From: Nemertoderma westbladi
Lineage: Eukaryota > Animalia > Xenacoelomorpha
NCBI GenBank assembly: GCA_032718475.1
Contig: JAUCBJ010006961.1
Coordinates: forward strand, 1-55,235
Length of the DNA stretch: 55,235 nucleotides
Direction of reading: 5' to 3'
Position 1 is the first letter of the stretch; every line of letters begins with the position of its first letter. Under the pieces are notes generated by a model, which searched no databases, was not told where the DNA came from, and saw only the letters and a list, made by a program, of their open reading frames with translations. The position numbers and the translations under genes were made by a program. Below, piece by piece: positions 1 through 13,297 of this stretch.

Positions 1-535
1 ATATAATATATTAGAATACCGGTATACTTATAGTATATATAACTATATAAGTATTATTACAGACTAGGTTTATCACAGAATACCGGTACTAGTGTACGAC
101 TAAAAGCAGTACAGCACAAAAATACTTCCAAGCCGTTCTTTCTTTGGCTCAAGACTGAATGTAAACACTGCACATAGGCATTGCGTCATTTCTCGGAAAT
201 TTTCTGTACAAGGAGCCACAAAAACGCTCTCATTGGCTGACTGAACTGAGAGACGCCGTAGAACAAAGGAAATCAACACGTATGAATGTCAGCTGTTAAC
301 CGTAGTCATAGTAACTACTGTTCAAGAGTAGCTATCACCCTTTTGCGTCACGAATTGCCATAGAATCATAAAAATATGCCTTTCACAGTACACATACGGA
401 GGAAATAGGTCTTAGATCCTCTAAAAACACCGATACAGCAATAATACGGTCTCTTACACTTATTAAATCAACTACAGAGTATTTTAAGGTAAAAGATAAT
501 AAAAATAACGGGGCAATTCAGCAAAGGCTTTTACA
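1..535 (-). repeat. Partial LTR related to the LTRs of the 23053-45835 element (diverged relative), running off the window start
   Basis: The reverse complement from 535 begins TGTAAAAGCCTTTGCTGAATT versus TGTAAAAGCTTTTGCGGAATT at 23053. Shared blocks (ACTCTGTAGTTG, GTAGTTACTATGAC, AACAGCTGA, TTTCCTTTGTTCT, CCAATnAGAGCGTTTTT) continue to about 120. Positions 1-87 match 26300-26380 inverted. Confidence 0.8.
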
Positions 536-768
536 AATACCGATTAATTACCGGTACTTTCGTACACTCGTACACACCACTTATAATTATTTGTAATCAG
601 GGCACATTCACCCGCACGCACCCCGACTTGTACTACATACGTCCTCCCTACTTCATGTAGAACCTTTCAGTAGTTACTCGCATATTATATAATAAAGTCT
701 ATGATAAAATATAATATAATAGTGCCTGGTGGTATTGTGTTTTGTGGTACTCTGGTATTTCAGTATTT

Positions 769-1086
769 TCACCAGGTGTCTGCACCAGTGTCTGCACCAC
801 TGTCTGTATCACTGTCTGCACCATTGTCTGTACCAGTGTCTGCACCACTGTCTGCACCAGTGACTGTACCAGTGTCTGTACCACTGTCTGTACCACTGTC
901 CGCACCAGGTGTCTGCACCACTGTCTGCACCACTGTCTGCACCACTGTCTGCACCATTGTCTGCACCAGTGTCTGCATCACTGTCTGCACGCTGCACCAC
1001 TGTCTGCACGCTGCACCACTGTCTGCACCAGTGTCTGCACCACTGATCGCACCAGGTGTCTGCGCCACTGTCTGCACCATTGTCTG
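769..1086. repeat. 12-bp minisatellite (TGTCTGCACCAC)n, about 26 units
   Basis: Directly visible tandem array; it accounts for the repetitive ORFs at 699-1125. Confidence 0.95.
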
Positions 1087-2049
1087 CTTAACGTTTACAC
1101 CCTTAATTTTGGACTGAACAGCTGAACTTCCATTTAAATGGCATTATTTTTTTTAATTGTTTCCAGTTTACTTGGGTAGTTTCAAAATTAGCTTAATTAT
1201 AAAGTAGTCTGGGTCTGGTAGTTTAGGTTAGGCTAAATATTGCCATTTTACTTTGTACGATAGTATCTATTTTTTAATTAATCATAACTTTGATACATAA
1301 TACCAAATATACCTACTACCTCATATAAATAGTATTACAAAGACTACCTGTACTTTTAGTGAGGTTTTCTAAATTTGATGTCACTGTAACCCTCATTATC
1401 ACTCCTAATTATATTTCATATTGATTTCACCATTCACACAGGCAGTTTGACCTTTGACATCCTACCGTACTGGCATGCTATTATATATATGTAATGTAGG
1501 CCTATATAAATCGATTAATTCATTCTGGGTGTGTATCGGTAATCAGTAATATACATATTATGCCTAATATTGGACAATAAAATTGGAATAAAGAATTTCT
1601 GTGTACCGGTAACAAACTGTTTCCTCGCGCCCACACACTACTCGTCGGTAATTCGACAAAACCCCCTAAGTCGATTTTTGTAGTTTTGAGAAAAACGAAA
1701 AAAACTGAATATTTTAAGAAATCTTGAGAAATGCGATCTAATTTTTGACTAAATATAATCTAAAATAGCGTATAATTTGTTTGGGCACATATTTTTAGAG
1801 GTAGATCGCATTTTAGACCATTTAATTTGATATCTGTTGTTTTGCCAGATTGTGAAATAAAATAGTTAGGTTAGAACATACAATTAAGGGGGGTTATCTT
1901 TAGCATGTGGGGTTTTATCAGATACAGTCTGGCCCATTAAATGACTTATTAGTGGGTCTAAGGGTTAATGACTTATTAGTGGGTCTAAGGGTTCAATAAA
2001 GCAAAGCTCTTATATTAGAAACACTGTAATATTACAATTATTTTTATAA

Positions 2050-2560
2050 TTACTACTTCTACTATCAGCATGCTGCATTGCAACTGCATTAATATGTATT
2101 ACATATATATTAATAATGCTGTGCCGGCTTGTCAACAAAATTGCGCTGTCACATCTCCCTACCACCCATGACATTTGCTAGATCATCCGCATCTTCAAGG
2201 CCAGTATTTAGATACGCCTCTAACAGGCGTCCCAAGAAAGGCAAGGGCTGTCCACCATGTTTATTTATTCGCCAAAGCACAATATTATGCACTGGCTGGT
2301 ACTCACGGCGAAAGCAATGTCCTGCAAAGCGGAGGCGGTTCAGGTCAAGTGTCAAGCTAAGGAAGACTAATGGATGTTTCCTCCAATGTTGTATAGAGTC
2401 TGATTGGAGATGTGTTCATTATACTTGACACAATGAACCCGGCACATCATTCTTGTGAAAGTGCCATCCAGAGATTTGGAATCCTCTGCAGTTAGAAGCC
2501 AGCACAGACTACCATATACGAGTACTTGTTCTACTGCTGCTCTAAAGAGAATCGAACCTT
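2050..2560 (-). mobile_element. RTE-clade LINE, 3' fragment
   Basis: Inverted homolog of about 6690-7166. Encodes NRLRFAGHCFR...QPVHNIVLW and ends in the same 3' UTR (TGCAATGCAGCATGC) with a TAG-like tail. Confidence 0.85.
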
Positions 2561-3109
2561 TAGATTCCGTTTTATTCCATGGGACAGCCCAGACTCCCTA
2601 TTTTTATAACTGTTTGCGCTGTCTGGATTGGGGTCATCTTGCCACACCTGCTGTTGGAATCTAATTCATGTTCACCATCTTCCGTTAGCATTGATTGCTC
2701 GTCATTTACCCCACTATTGATTGCCATAGAATCCGGTAGAGTGTCATACTCAAGATTGATGCTATGAGAATCCGTAGGCCTAAGAGATAAAACAATCCCT
2801 TCTCAATTATTATTGTCTCAACACTTTCTACAATTAGCGGCTGAAGTCCTGTGCCCTCATCATCTCTGATATTGTTGTTGTAGGCGTCTAAAACAGATAA
2901 ATCTCGATTCGTCATTGCTTCACCGTGAACATCTTCAGCTACACTCACTAACTGATTGAACATCTCCAGCTAAACTCCATAATCGGCCTGCTGCATTGAA
3001 ACTGGTCATTGAAATGCTGGCCTAAGAAAAATATTTTGCTACCACCATGCAATCCACAATTGACAAGCCCAATGCAAGGGGATTAAGCATTAGCATAATT
3101 AATTTGAGA

Positions 3110-4290
3110 ATTAAGAATGCTATGCCGGCTTATCTACGAAGATCCATCGCCACAACTTCCCTATCCCCCATGACTTTCGCGAGACTATTCGCATCTACCA
3201 AACCAGTGTCCTTTAAGAGGCGTCTCACAAAAGTCATGTGCTGTCCACCATGCTTATTTTCTCCATGGGGCTTCCAAAGCACAAGATTATGCACAGGCTG
3301 GTCCTCACTGCGAAAACAATCTCCTGCAAAGCGGAGTGTTCAAGTGTCAAGCTTGGGGGAACCAATGAGACACCTCCAATGTTATATAGTGTCTGGTTGG
3401 AGATGTGTGCATTGTACTTGACACAATGAACCCGGCGTAGCATTCTTGTGAATGTGCCATCCAGAGATTTGGTGTCCTCAGCAGTTAGAGCTCAGCATGG
3501 ACTCCCATAGAGGAGTACTGGAACTACTGCTGCTCTAAATAATCGGACCTTAAGTTTCCGATTAATTCTTGGTGACTTTCAAATCCTGGAAAGCCTATTC
3601 AAGGCTGCCCATGCCTTTCCCTTACGTATTCGAAGCTCCTCACCTGACTTCCGGATCCATGATCCCAGGTAACAGAAGTCTTCCACTTGCTCAAGCATAC
3701 CATCCTTTGAGCTTATGCTCATCCGGTCAGAGACTTGCTGAGGACTTTCAAAGTTAACTGTCAAAATTTTCTAATGAGCTGAGGAGCTGTTCGGCTTCTT
3801 CTAGTGATTATGAGAGTACTCCTAAGTCATCAGCAAAGTCTAGATCAGTTAGGTACTTGGCAGGATTTCCTCGACTTCTGGAGCCAGTAGGTGGAGTTAC
3901 CATCACCCCATCACCATTATGATGATCTAAGGACATTAGTAGAACATAGTCAACCACAATTATGAACAAGAATGGTGCAAGTGTGTCTCCCATGGAGTAC
4001 TTCCCATAACATTTCGAATGGTTCTGTGTCACCGTCAACAGTAGCAGCAATAGCAAAAATAGTACAAATGTCTTCGAACCATCTTACTAATCTGATTGCT
4101 GCAATAATTCCATCAGGAATCCCATATAATGAAAGTATGCTGAACATACGTGAGCGAGAGACTGAATCAAAGGGCTTGACGATGTCAACAAACAGCCAGA
4201 TGTCTGTCTTTCTTTTTTGACAACTCTTCAATTATCCTTCTAAGTGAAAAAATGGGCTCACATGGTCCCACGACATTTATACGGAACCCA
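3110..4290 (-). mobile_element. RTE-clade LINE fragment (C-terminal half of RT), frameshifted
   Basis: Inverted copy of about 5897-7122 with motifs FVDIVKPFDSV, GDTLAPFLFIIVVD, LDFADD and FCYLGSWI. Confidence 0.9.
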
Positions 4291-4292
4291 AA

Positions 4293-4792
4293 TCATCTCC
4301 AGCTACACTCACAACTGATTGAACATTGGCAGTTACATTCACTACCGGTTGAACATCTCCAGCTATACTCACTACCGGTTGAACATCTCCCGCTACACAC
4401 ACTACCGGTTGAACATATCCAGTTACACTCACTACCAGTTGAACATCTTCAGTTACACTCAGTACAGGTTGAAGATCTTCAGTTACACTCACTACCGGTT
4501 GAACATCTCCAGCTATACTCACTACCGGTTGAACATCTCCAGTTCCTCTCACTACCAGTTGAACATCTTCAGTTACACTCAGTACTGGTTGAACATCGTC
4601 AGCTACACTCACTACCGGTTGAACATCTCTAGCTACTCTCACTACCGGTTGAACATCTTCAGTTACACTCACTACCAGTTAAAAATCTCCAGTTACACTT
4701 AGTACTGGTTAAACATCTTCAGCTGCACTCACTAGTGGTTGAACATCTTCAGTTACACTCACTACTGGTTGAACATCTTCAGCTACACTCAC
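4293..4792. repeat. 30-bp minisatellite (GAACATCTCCAGCTACACTCACTACCGGTT)n, about 17 units
   Basis: Exact 30-bp periodicity; about two more units lie at 2926-2978. Confidence 0.95.
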
Positions 4793-4942
4793 CTAGAGTA
4801 TATCTACAGTTATATAAAGTAACTTGTAAATGGACCAGTAGACTTGTAAATAATCTTGTACTCAAGTACGCAGTCTCATGGAGTGAATAAGCATATTGGA
4901 CAGCCCATGACTTTCTTGAGGCGCACCTCAAAGGACGCTGGC

Positions 4943-7166
4943 GCGTCCTTTGACGGAATCTGCCTTGCCGCGGCATGACTGGTCCTCTCTGTTGCAACAG
5001 CCAAGTGTGAGATCCAGCTTTACACTACAGCTGAGCAACAGGTATGAGGTTATTGCCTCTGAGGCGGCAGATCACTGTGAGGGCTATACTGCCTTCACAG
5101 AAGCAGTTACGTTAGCAGCTGCAGAAACAGTTCCTGTATACCCACGAAACAGGAAAAGGGCCCCCTGGACTGACAACAATATTCAGAAGTGCCGAAATTA
5201 CCTATATAAGGCGCAGAAAGAGTCTCGACTCAAACAGACTACAGCGGCCAAGAATGCAGTTAAGGCTGCATCTAGGTCCCTGAACAGGCAGTACTCTGTT
5301 AATCTACAGGAGCTAATAAACCAACAGGTTGATGCCATCAGTGATGCTGACGACAGCAGGCAATCATCCCAGGCATGGGAATCGATCAACTTGCTTACTG
5401 GTCGGAAAAGCCAACCAACCACCAAGGTTAAGGCTGAATCACCAGCCGATCGCCTCAATGATTGGAAGGCCCACTTTAAAAAGCTCCTCAATAATGACAG
5501 GGTATTGCCTGAAAACTTTATAGAAGTAAAAGTGTCTGAGTCTGTACTCCCAGATATTCCCATTGGCGATATCTCCTTTGCAGAAGTGAAGGCTGCTGCA
5601 AAGAGCATTAAGACCAATCGTGCCAGTGGAGTAGATGGTGTTCCCCCTGAGGTCTTTAAAATACCTCAGTGTTTAAAGCTCATCTATCCCATCATAGTAG
5701 ACATGTACCGAACAACAAGAGTCCCACAAGAAATGAAAACAAATAAGTTGGTGCCAGTTCCCAAGAAGGACAACCTAACACTCTATGGTTCTTTTCGGGG
5801 AATCTCATTGATCTCGATTGCTGCAAAGCTATACAATAGAATTCTATTAAATCGCATCAGGGATCCCATTGAGAGACTGCTCCGTGGAAATCAGAATGGG
5901 TTCCGTAAAGGTCGTGGGACCATGGAGCCCATTTTGGCACTTAGAAGGATAATTGAAGAGTTATCAAACAAGAAAGACAGGTATCTGGTTGTTATCTTTG
6001 TTGACTTCTTCAAGGCCTTTGATTCAGTCTCTCGCTCACGTATGTTCAGCATACTTTCATTATATGGGATTCCTGATGAAATTATTGCAGCAATCAGATC
6101 AGTATGCGATGGTTCGACAACATTTGTGTCTACTGTTGACGGTGACACAGAACCATTTGAAGTGTTATGGGGCGTCCTCCAGGGAGACAAACTTGCACCA
6201 TTCTTGTTCATAATTGTGGTTGACTATGTTCTACGCACGTCCTTAGATCATCATAATGATGATGGGGTAATGATAACTCCACCTACTGGCTCCAGAAGTC
6301 GAGGAAATCCTGCCAAGTACCTAACTGATCTAGACTTTTCTGATGACTTAGGAGTAATCTCAGAATCACTAGAGGGAGCCCAACGGCTCCTCAGCTCATT
6401 AGAACATGCTGCTTCTAGTGTTGGTCTTTTTATTAACTCCAGAAAGACCAAAATTTTGACAGTTAACTTTGAAAGTACTTAGCAAGTCTCTGATCGGATG
6501 AGCATAAGCTCAAAGGATGGTATGCTTGAGCATATGTACGACTTCTGTTACCTGGGATCATGGATCCGGAAGTCAGGTGAGGACCTTCGAATACGTAAGG
6601 GAAAGGCATGGGCAGCCTTGAATACTTGAATAGGCTTTCCAGGATTTGGAAGTCACCGAGAATTAATCGGAAACTTAAGGTCCAATTATTTAGAGCAGCA
6701 GTAGTTCCAGTACTCCTCTATGGGAGTCCATGCTGGGCTCTAACTGCTGAGGACATCAAATCTCTGGATGGCATATTCACAAGAATGCTACGCCGGGTTC
6801 ATTGTGTCAAGTACAATGCACACATCTCCAACCAGACACTATATAACATTGGAGGTGTCTCATTGGTTCCCCCAAGCTTGACACTAGAACAAAATCGCCT
6901 CCGCTTTGCAGGACATTGCTTTCGCCTTGAGGACCAGCCAGTGCATAATCTTGTACTTTGGTAGCCTCATGGAGTGAATAAGGATGGTGGACAGCCCATG
7001 ACTTTCTTGAGACGCATCTTAAAGGACACTGGCCTTGAAGATGCGGATGCTCTAGCAAATGTCATGGGTGATAGGGAGTTGTGGTGGCGCAATTTTGTCG
7101 ACAAGCCGGCACAGCATTCTTAAAAATGCAACTGCAATGCAGCATGCCGATCCTAGTAGTAGTAGT
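4943..7166 (+). mobile_element. 5'-truncated RTE-clade non-LTR retrotransposon
   Basis: RT ORF plus C-terminal RLRFAGHCFR motif, short 3' UTR and (TAG)n tail at about 7153-7166; no endonuclease domain. A 70-nt piece of the family's 3' region (about 4872-4942) is fused in front. Confidence 0.92.
4950..6964 (+). pseudogene. RTE reverse transcriptase (disrupted)
   Basis: Motifs FRGISLISIAAKLYNRILLNRI, QNGFRKGRGT, FVDFFKAFDSV, GVLQGDKLAPFLF and DFSDD (DFADD in the inverted copy). Stop at 6480-6482 and a frameshift near 6620. Confidence 0.9.
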
Positions 7167-7399
7167 TGAATCACCATGACTACGGTGAGACTACACGTAT
7201 TGCAGATGTGGGTAGTACCTATTCAGATGTAAATACGGGTGTCACTTTCGCTCAAGAGATATACCAAAATTACAACCTACGGTAAAACCAGGGAATAATA
7301 TCGGCAGACAAGTAAGGCTACCGAAACCCAATGACTCCGTAGAATTTAAACCACCATTACAGATCGACTCACAGAGTACCGATAAACAAGGTAAGAAGG

Positions 7400-8345
7400 T
7401 GAAGGATGACAAAATACTTGTAGACACGACACGGACGGATCACCAGATAAGAAGGATACACTTTCCGGCGGACCGCCGGAAGTATATATCCAAGTTTCCA
7501 CTAAACACATTTAACTTACCTGATGACGTCGCTAATACTTACGTCGATCGTATAGTCAACCTTAAAGATTCTTGGACGGACACTTGCCGTAAATTGGCAT
7601 GGCTCAAACGTTTAAGACAATATCCAAAGGCAAACGTCGACTTACGATGATTGAGATTGACAGATGTGAAATTGAATTAATTCGACATTACCAATTGCGA
7701 TATTTCACAGGCGAATTTACATCTATCAATCAAGGTCAACCAATCAAGTCGTCACCCACCAATACTGAGTTGGAGTCCGATAATATATAATGGCTTAATT
7801 TGTCATAAATCTCGGCTCCAAAATATAGACTTTAACACGGACTTCAGGTATCCTAATAATACAACAACATCATGAACTACAGCGTCCGATGATACTGGCG
7901 CACATATATGACTTATACCTGCCGGGAGACACCACTGTCTGTCTCATTTACGTACAAGGTTTGTATTAATTAGATCCAGTAAAGCACTGAGTTCAGTGAC
8001 GCGTAATTAATTGTATTACTTGTAAGAAATTACATTCTAGAATAGGAACCCAGGAGATGAGTGAACTACCACAAGCGCGACTACAAGCATTCAGACCACC
8101 TTTCACTGAGACAGGGATTGTTTGCTTTGGTCCTATTGACACAAAACGTGGACATATACAAGTAAAACGTTGGGGATTGATATTCACATGTATGTCCAGT
8201 AGGGCAGTTCATATCGAACGTGTGGTAGATCTTTCCACTAACGCTTTTATACTTATACGACGGTGATTTATCGCCAGACGTGGAGTTGGAAAATGTTTGT
8301 ACTCAGACCAAGGTCAAACTTTGTTGGTCCTCGAAGTGAGATTGC
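7400..8345 (+). pseudogene. Degenerate BEL/Pao pol fragment (integrase region)
   Basis: SWTDTCRKLAWLKR; MSELPQARL...PFTETGIVCFGP...KRWGLIFTCMSSRAVHIE...LSTNAFI; FIARRG...YSDQG. Parallels the integrase at 40500-40780. Confidence 0.88.
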
Positions 8346-8361
8346 CAGAGCTTTCAAGACA

Positions 8362-8447
8362 TTACTACTACAGTACTACTAGGATCGGCATGCTGCATTG
8401 TAGCTGCATTTTTAAGAATGCTGTGCCGGCTTGTCGACAAAATTGCG
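8362..8447 (-). mobile_element. RTE 3' end only (3' UTR and TAG tail)
   Basis: Near-identical reverse complement of 7088-7166. Confidence 0.85.
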
Positions 8448-9264
8448 AATATTGTCGAATACTTTTTAAAAAATTTAAAAAAATAACTTTTGACCAAAAA
8501 TACTGCAGCATATTTAGCACCAAATTTTCAAATATGAAAATCAATAATTAATCTGTCCCTCATTTAATGTTTGTGTCCAAGTTGCTATGGGGTTCCGGAC
8601 GTTTTGGATAACTTGGTCAGCAACAAGCAACTTAATTTGAGTAACCATTAACTTTTAGTTTCCGTTATATGAGGTATCTTTTACAGCAACAAACTTCGCG
8701 TTTACATAGAGCAACTTGATCGGCATCCTGACATGCTCACCAAGTTGCTGATAGAGTTGCTCAAAATGTTGCCAAAATGTTGCCTGTAGAAAAAACAGTC
8801 TTTAATTATTCGTCATGGCGTAGCTAGACTTTGTTCTTACTATAGAGTACCACCCATGCTATATTTTGTACTTAAGTTCCGTTTGCTTGAATCTAAATTT
8901 TATTCTTATAGTTCTGCATTTGGCTACATTTTGTTCAATTTGTATTGATACATGATTCTAACTACAGTCCCGTACTTATTTTATAAGCAATTAATACCAA
9001 AATATCAAAAACTTATGGAGCCCTTTAGAATTTTGAATTCAAAAATTTCCAACATGTGCGCAAATGTGTTAGCTATATTGTATGTGCTTATTTGTTATTA
9101 TTGCGCTTACAGATAATACTAACACCTGCTCATGTGCTAGTTAAAAATGTTAGATACAGTAGCACGTATTAGCTAATATCAAATGCGCACATGTATTACG
9201 TGCGCACTACGCACTAAATTATTAAGGACACACGATACGCCTTGGCTATTATTTTATATACAGG

Positions 9265-9450
9265 TATTTTGCGTGTTTTTTGTAAAAATTCGGACTTATG
9301 GTGTTTTGCCAAATTGAGGATACCTTGTTTTCTAAGCAATACCCCATAACTATCTTATACAGTAGTTACGGGATAATACCAGAAAACGGTATTCCCTCTT
9401 ATTTTGGCAAAACACCATAAGTCAGAATTTTTACAATAAAACCGCAATAT
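9265..9450. repeat. Small foldback/MITE-like palindrome
   Basis: TTGTAAAAATTCGGACTTATGGTGTTTTGCCAAA (9280-9313) pairs with TTTGGCAAAACACCATAAGTCAGAATTTTTACAA (9403-9436). Confidence 0.75.
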
Positions 9451-11767
9451 ATTTATTTCAAGGGAGATTCTAAATCAAATTGAAAGTTTAGTTATATGAA
9501 TTCTATATATATTTAGTTGTCAAAAAACACAATAACAAGTAAACTGAGGCATCTCTAAAAAATAAACAGTTTTTATCGATTATCTCAGAACTACAAAAAT
9601 CGACTTAGGGGGTTCTGCCTTGAAGGTGACGTCTTTTTCCACAAAGGTTTTCATGTAGGCGAGTATAATAGAATGGTAATACTTTCCAGAAGACTTGGTG
9701 ATATGGTATGCTATTTTTCAGTGTATACCAAAAATTGGGTACACACTGTGTAGCATCAAATTTTCAAATATGGAAATCAATAATTATTACCTTAAAGGTA
9801 TTCAAATCGTTAAAAGGGACCAAAAATGTTCATTATTTATATGTTTATACTGATTAGGATTAAATAAAAGACCATTTTTTATATTTTTTAAGAATATAGG
9901 TTTACTTTTATTTACCCTATATGAATTGGGTAAAGAGTTCCATAATCGGGGCCCTTGGAAGGATAGAGATTGTTCCGCAACTCTTAGTCGAATATTTTGA
10001 GGTGAAGTAATCCAGATGCTGAAAAGCGAGTATTATAAGAATGGATTGAAGAAGCTCTATGAAATAGGAAATGTTTCAAAAAGTAGTCGACCGTTTTTTT
10101 TTTAATTTTGTTTTTTTAAGTTAGAATATTGATATGAATCAAGTGAGACATTCATTCTGACCGTTCAATTTTTTCGAACTAAAAGTTGGTTCAAGCCCGG
10201 TCTGGACCTTTTAGGGAACCAAATCAATAAACGAAAGTTAACACATGTTACAATATTATGCAGGTATATATATAATTGGGTCTTTGGAAATACCAACAAT
10301 TCCTGTACGAAAACAGGAAAATTTGATCTGTGAGCTGATTGGTTATTCACGGTTCAATATTCCTGTACGGAACGGCTTGTCTCCAGCCTTTAGTAGTCTT
10401 GTCTAACAACAATCAATTCGTTGTACTACTGTAGGTACTACAGTAATACAGTAGGTACTAATATTTTTATTATGTACTAATTCTTTTATACGAATGGGCC
10501 CATTAATTATAATTTCGGTTCTTGTTGAAATACATTAATAAATTGAATAAAAACTTAAATAGAGTTAAATAGAGTTATATTAAGAATTGTTCAGTACTAA
10601 TCTTGACTACAGTAAGTCCGGTCTATGTGTACTTGTAATGTACTGTACTGGTGTCACCGGCGAAAACGCCACCCAGGTGAGATTTCCCGGGGAGAATTTT
10701 CGTCTAGCGCCATGTGTCACCCTCCCGCGCAGAATGCCCCTCCCCTCCCGCCCAAATTGAAGGTATAAAGTACAGTAACTAACCAAAGCATACCAAAACG
10801 TTTTACCAATAGAGGGAGATAGGCGCTTAGGTTACAGAAACTGTATTTTCAGAACCAAAACAACAAATACAGTATATAATGCCGGGAGGTGGCACACTGA
10901 GTGAAATACGACGCGTTATTATTTAATCAACACTTATTCTGCTTTGTACTGTATCATTGTGGAATTCCCTGCAAGAGGATTTATAGCAAACCAATGACGC
11001 AGACGGTAGCGCGGTACTTACTGTATACAATACGATTTGTTTTTGTATTACTGAATTTATCTTGTTTTTGCAATTTCACATAGGCCCTACACAATTTTTT
11101 ATTCAAAAAACTAACTACTGCAGTGTAAAGTTCAATATATCACCAACCATCACCACTAAAATTAAGAATTATTATATTTTAATATTGCAGTTGTTCAACA
11201 TATTGATAATATTCACCCTGCAATTGAAACATAAATAGTGTGTAAAAGCTTGAGGGAGAATATACTGTATAATAATTAATTATAGATACAATCGATTGTT
11301 CACAAAAGTTAACACCTCTATATGAGTTTGTAACGCCAAAAATTATCCGAAACATTCACACAATAGTACCCTTTCAAGTGGACAATTTGTTTTGTGCAAT
11401 GGACATGGACAATGTTTTTAAAAAACATTTTTAAATACATACCTTCTTACCAGTAAACTACACCAAGTAATTTGTTAAGCGAACCAAAATTAATATTTAA
11501 ACGAATATAATCAAAATCATAAGGGATAATCAAAAAGTCAATGTGTCACAAGGTAAGACACAAGGTATTTGTCGTAATGAGAAAAGTGCACTGCACAGAT
11601 GGAGATGTATTGTAATATACCTGAGTACAGAATGCTTTTTGCTTTTGCTTATCCGGGAACCTGCTGTTGTTGTTTCAACATTCACTATATTCCAATACTT
11701 CACAATGCATGATACGAATTCTGCAGTACCCTTGAAGCCATACCCCGATTAACTGTACCACTCTAAT

Positions 11768-11958
11768 GGCCCGTGGCAACATTTTGTACTTATATTTCGG
11801 CCCGTGTTTATATGTTCTTAAAATATGTTCTTATAGTTCCGCCCGTGGCTACATTTTGTACTTATAGTTCTGCTCATGGCTACATTTTGTTCTTTAGTTC
11901 CGCCCGTGTTTATATTTTGTTCTTATAGTTCTGCCCGTGGCTACATTTTGTACTTATA
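11768..11958. repeat. About 31-bp tandem repeat (TATAGTTCCGCCCGTGGCTACATTTTGTACT), about 6 units
   Basis: Visible array, with degenerate relatives at 8820-8940 and an inverted unit at 20876-20897. Confidence 0.8.
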
Positions 11959-12021
11959 AACAGCTCTGCATATAATTGCATCATGTCCCACATCTGGGCA
12001 CATCAACTCAATAGAGTCCAG

Positions 12022-12030
12022 ATTAGATGG

Positions 12031-12061
<31 letters not shown>
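12022..12061 (-). other. 40-nt fragment of 28S rRNA containing the R2 insertion / I-PpoI site (not an rRNA gene)
   Basis: Reverse complement TATGACTCTCTTAAGGTAGCCAAATGCCTCGCCATCTAAT matches the conserved 28S sequence, as recalled, at 39 of 40 positions; the flanks are not rDNA. Confidence 0.9.
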
Positions 12062-12317
12062 TAAAACCACAAAAAGTGAAAACACTAGCTAGTAAAAAAA
12101 CAGTTAAAAATTAAAAAAAAAGACAAAAATTTGTTACAAAAACTAGCTTGTATAAAAATTGTTCCAGATCAAAAAATATTTGTTAACATAAATTTATTTT
12201 AATCCATAACTGACATAATTTTTAATTTAATAGCTGTGTGTGTGTATAAAACATTCACATAATTTCAGAATTTAGAAATAGAAAGTTACAATAATGTACT
12301 TGATATTAATTATATTA

Positions 12318-13189
12318 CACCATAACCCTTAATACAACAACCATTTTTAGGGGGTCGGAGCCCCCCCCCCCCCCTAATTTTTTTCAAATTTCAATAAAAT
12401 GCTACGAAATTCGGTATGATGATAGATCGACACCTTTTCTTACTGGTGGCCTGGCCGGATTTTTCAATTTCTCAGTTATTTCCATACAACAATCCCTTAA
12501 AAAATGTCTATTTAGCAATGTTTAACCACCTCCGTAGACATTATTTTACGTCTTTGAAATGTAATCTAGATATCATTCGAAGCGCCTTTGTCTGTAGATT
12601 CCGAATCTGAACACCGTTTTAAATTTAACCAATAATTGGTTAAGATATTATCAAAATACTAATGTGTAAATTTAGAGATGTAAATCGCTATAATTCTAAT
12701 GTTTTGTTGTCATTATTCTAGAATATTAATTATTATTTAGCTGAGCTTTTAAAACTCTCCTTGTTTTTTCATTATCCATAATTAATATTCTAGAATTGAG
12801 TAAATAAAACATTAGAATTATAGCGATTTACGTCACAAAAATTTACACCTTAGTATTTTGATAATATCTCTGAAAGTTCTTCGTGAAATTTACAACGGGT
12901 TTCATATTCGGAATCTGCAGATGAAGGCGGTTCTAATCATATCTGGATCTCATTCCAAAGACGAAAAATATACCTGACGGAGGTGGCTAAATATTGCGAA
13001 ATAGACGATTTTTAACGGCTTGTTGTATCGAAATAGCTTATAAATTAAAAAATCCGGCCAGGCCACCAGTAAGAAAAGGTATCGATCTATCATCATACCA
13101 AATTTCGTAGCATTTTATTGAAATTTGAAAAAAATTAGGGGGGTGGCTCCGACCCTCTAAAAATGGTTGTTATATTAAGGGTTATGGTG
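12318..13189. mobile_element. Palindromic non-autonomous DNA transposon (MITE/foldback), TA target duplication
   Basis: TA|CACCATAACCCTTAATA...TATTAAGGGTTATGGTG|TA. The arms are complementary over about 410 bp with a loop of about 45 nt. A TA TSD suggests the Tc1/mariner superfamily. Confidence 0.88.
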
Positions 13190-13297
13190 TAATTATTTGT
13201 AATTAATATAATTCACCATCATGTCTAAAAATCTGCAGAAAAATTGAGACAGGAAAGAAGCTAAGAGCTTCGTAATAACTGACATGTTCTAGAACAT

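Noticed and set aside
699-1125. Five overlapping repetitive ORFs (CTTV, LHHC, VQTV, GADS)
   Set aside because: They are by-products of a stop-free 12-bp minisatellite.
12022-12061. 28S rRNA gene
   Set aside because: Only 40 nt match and the flanks are not rDNA.
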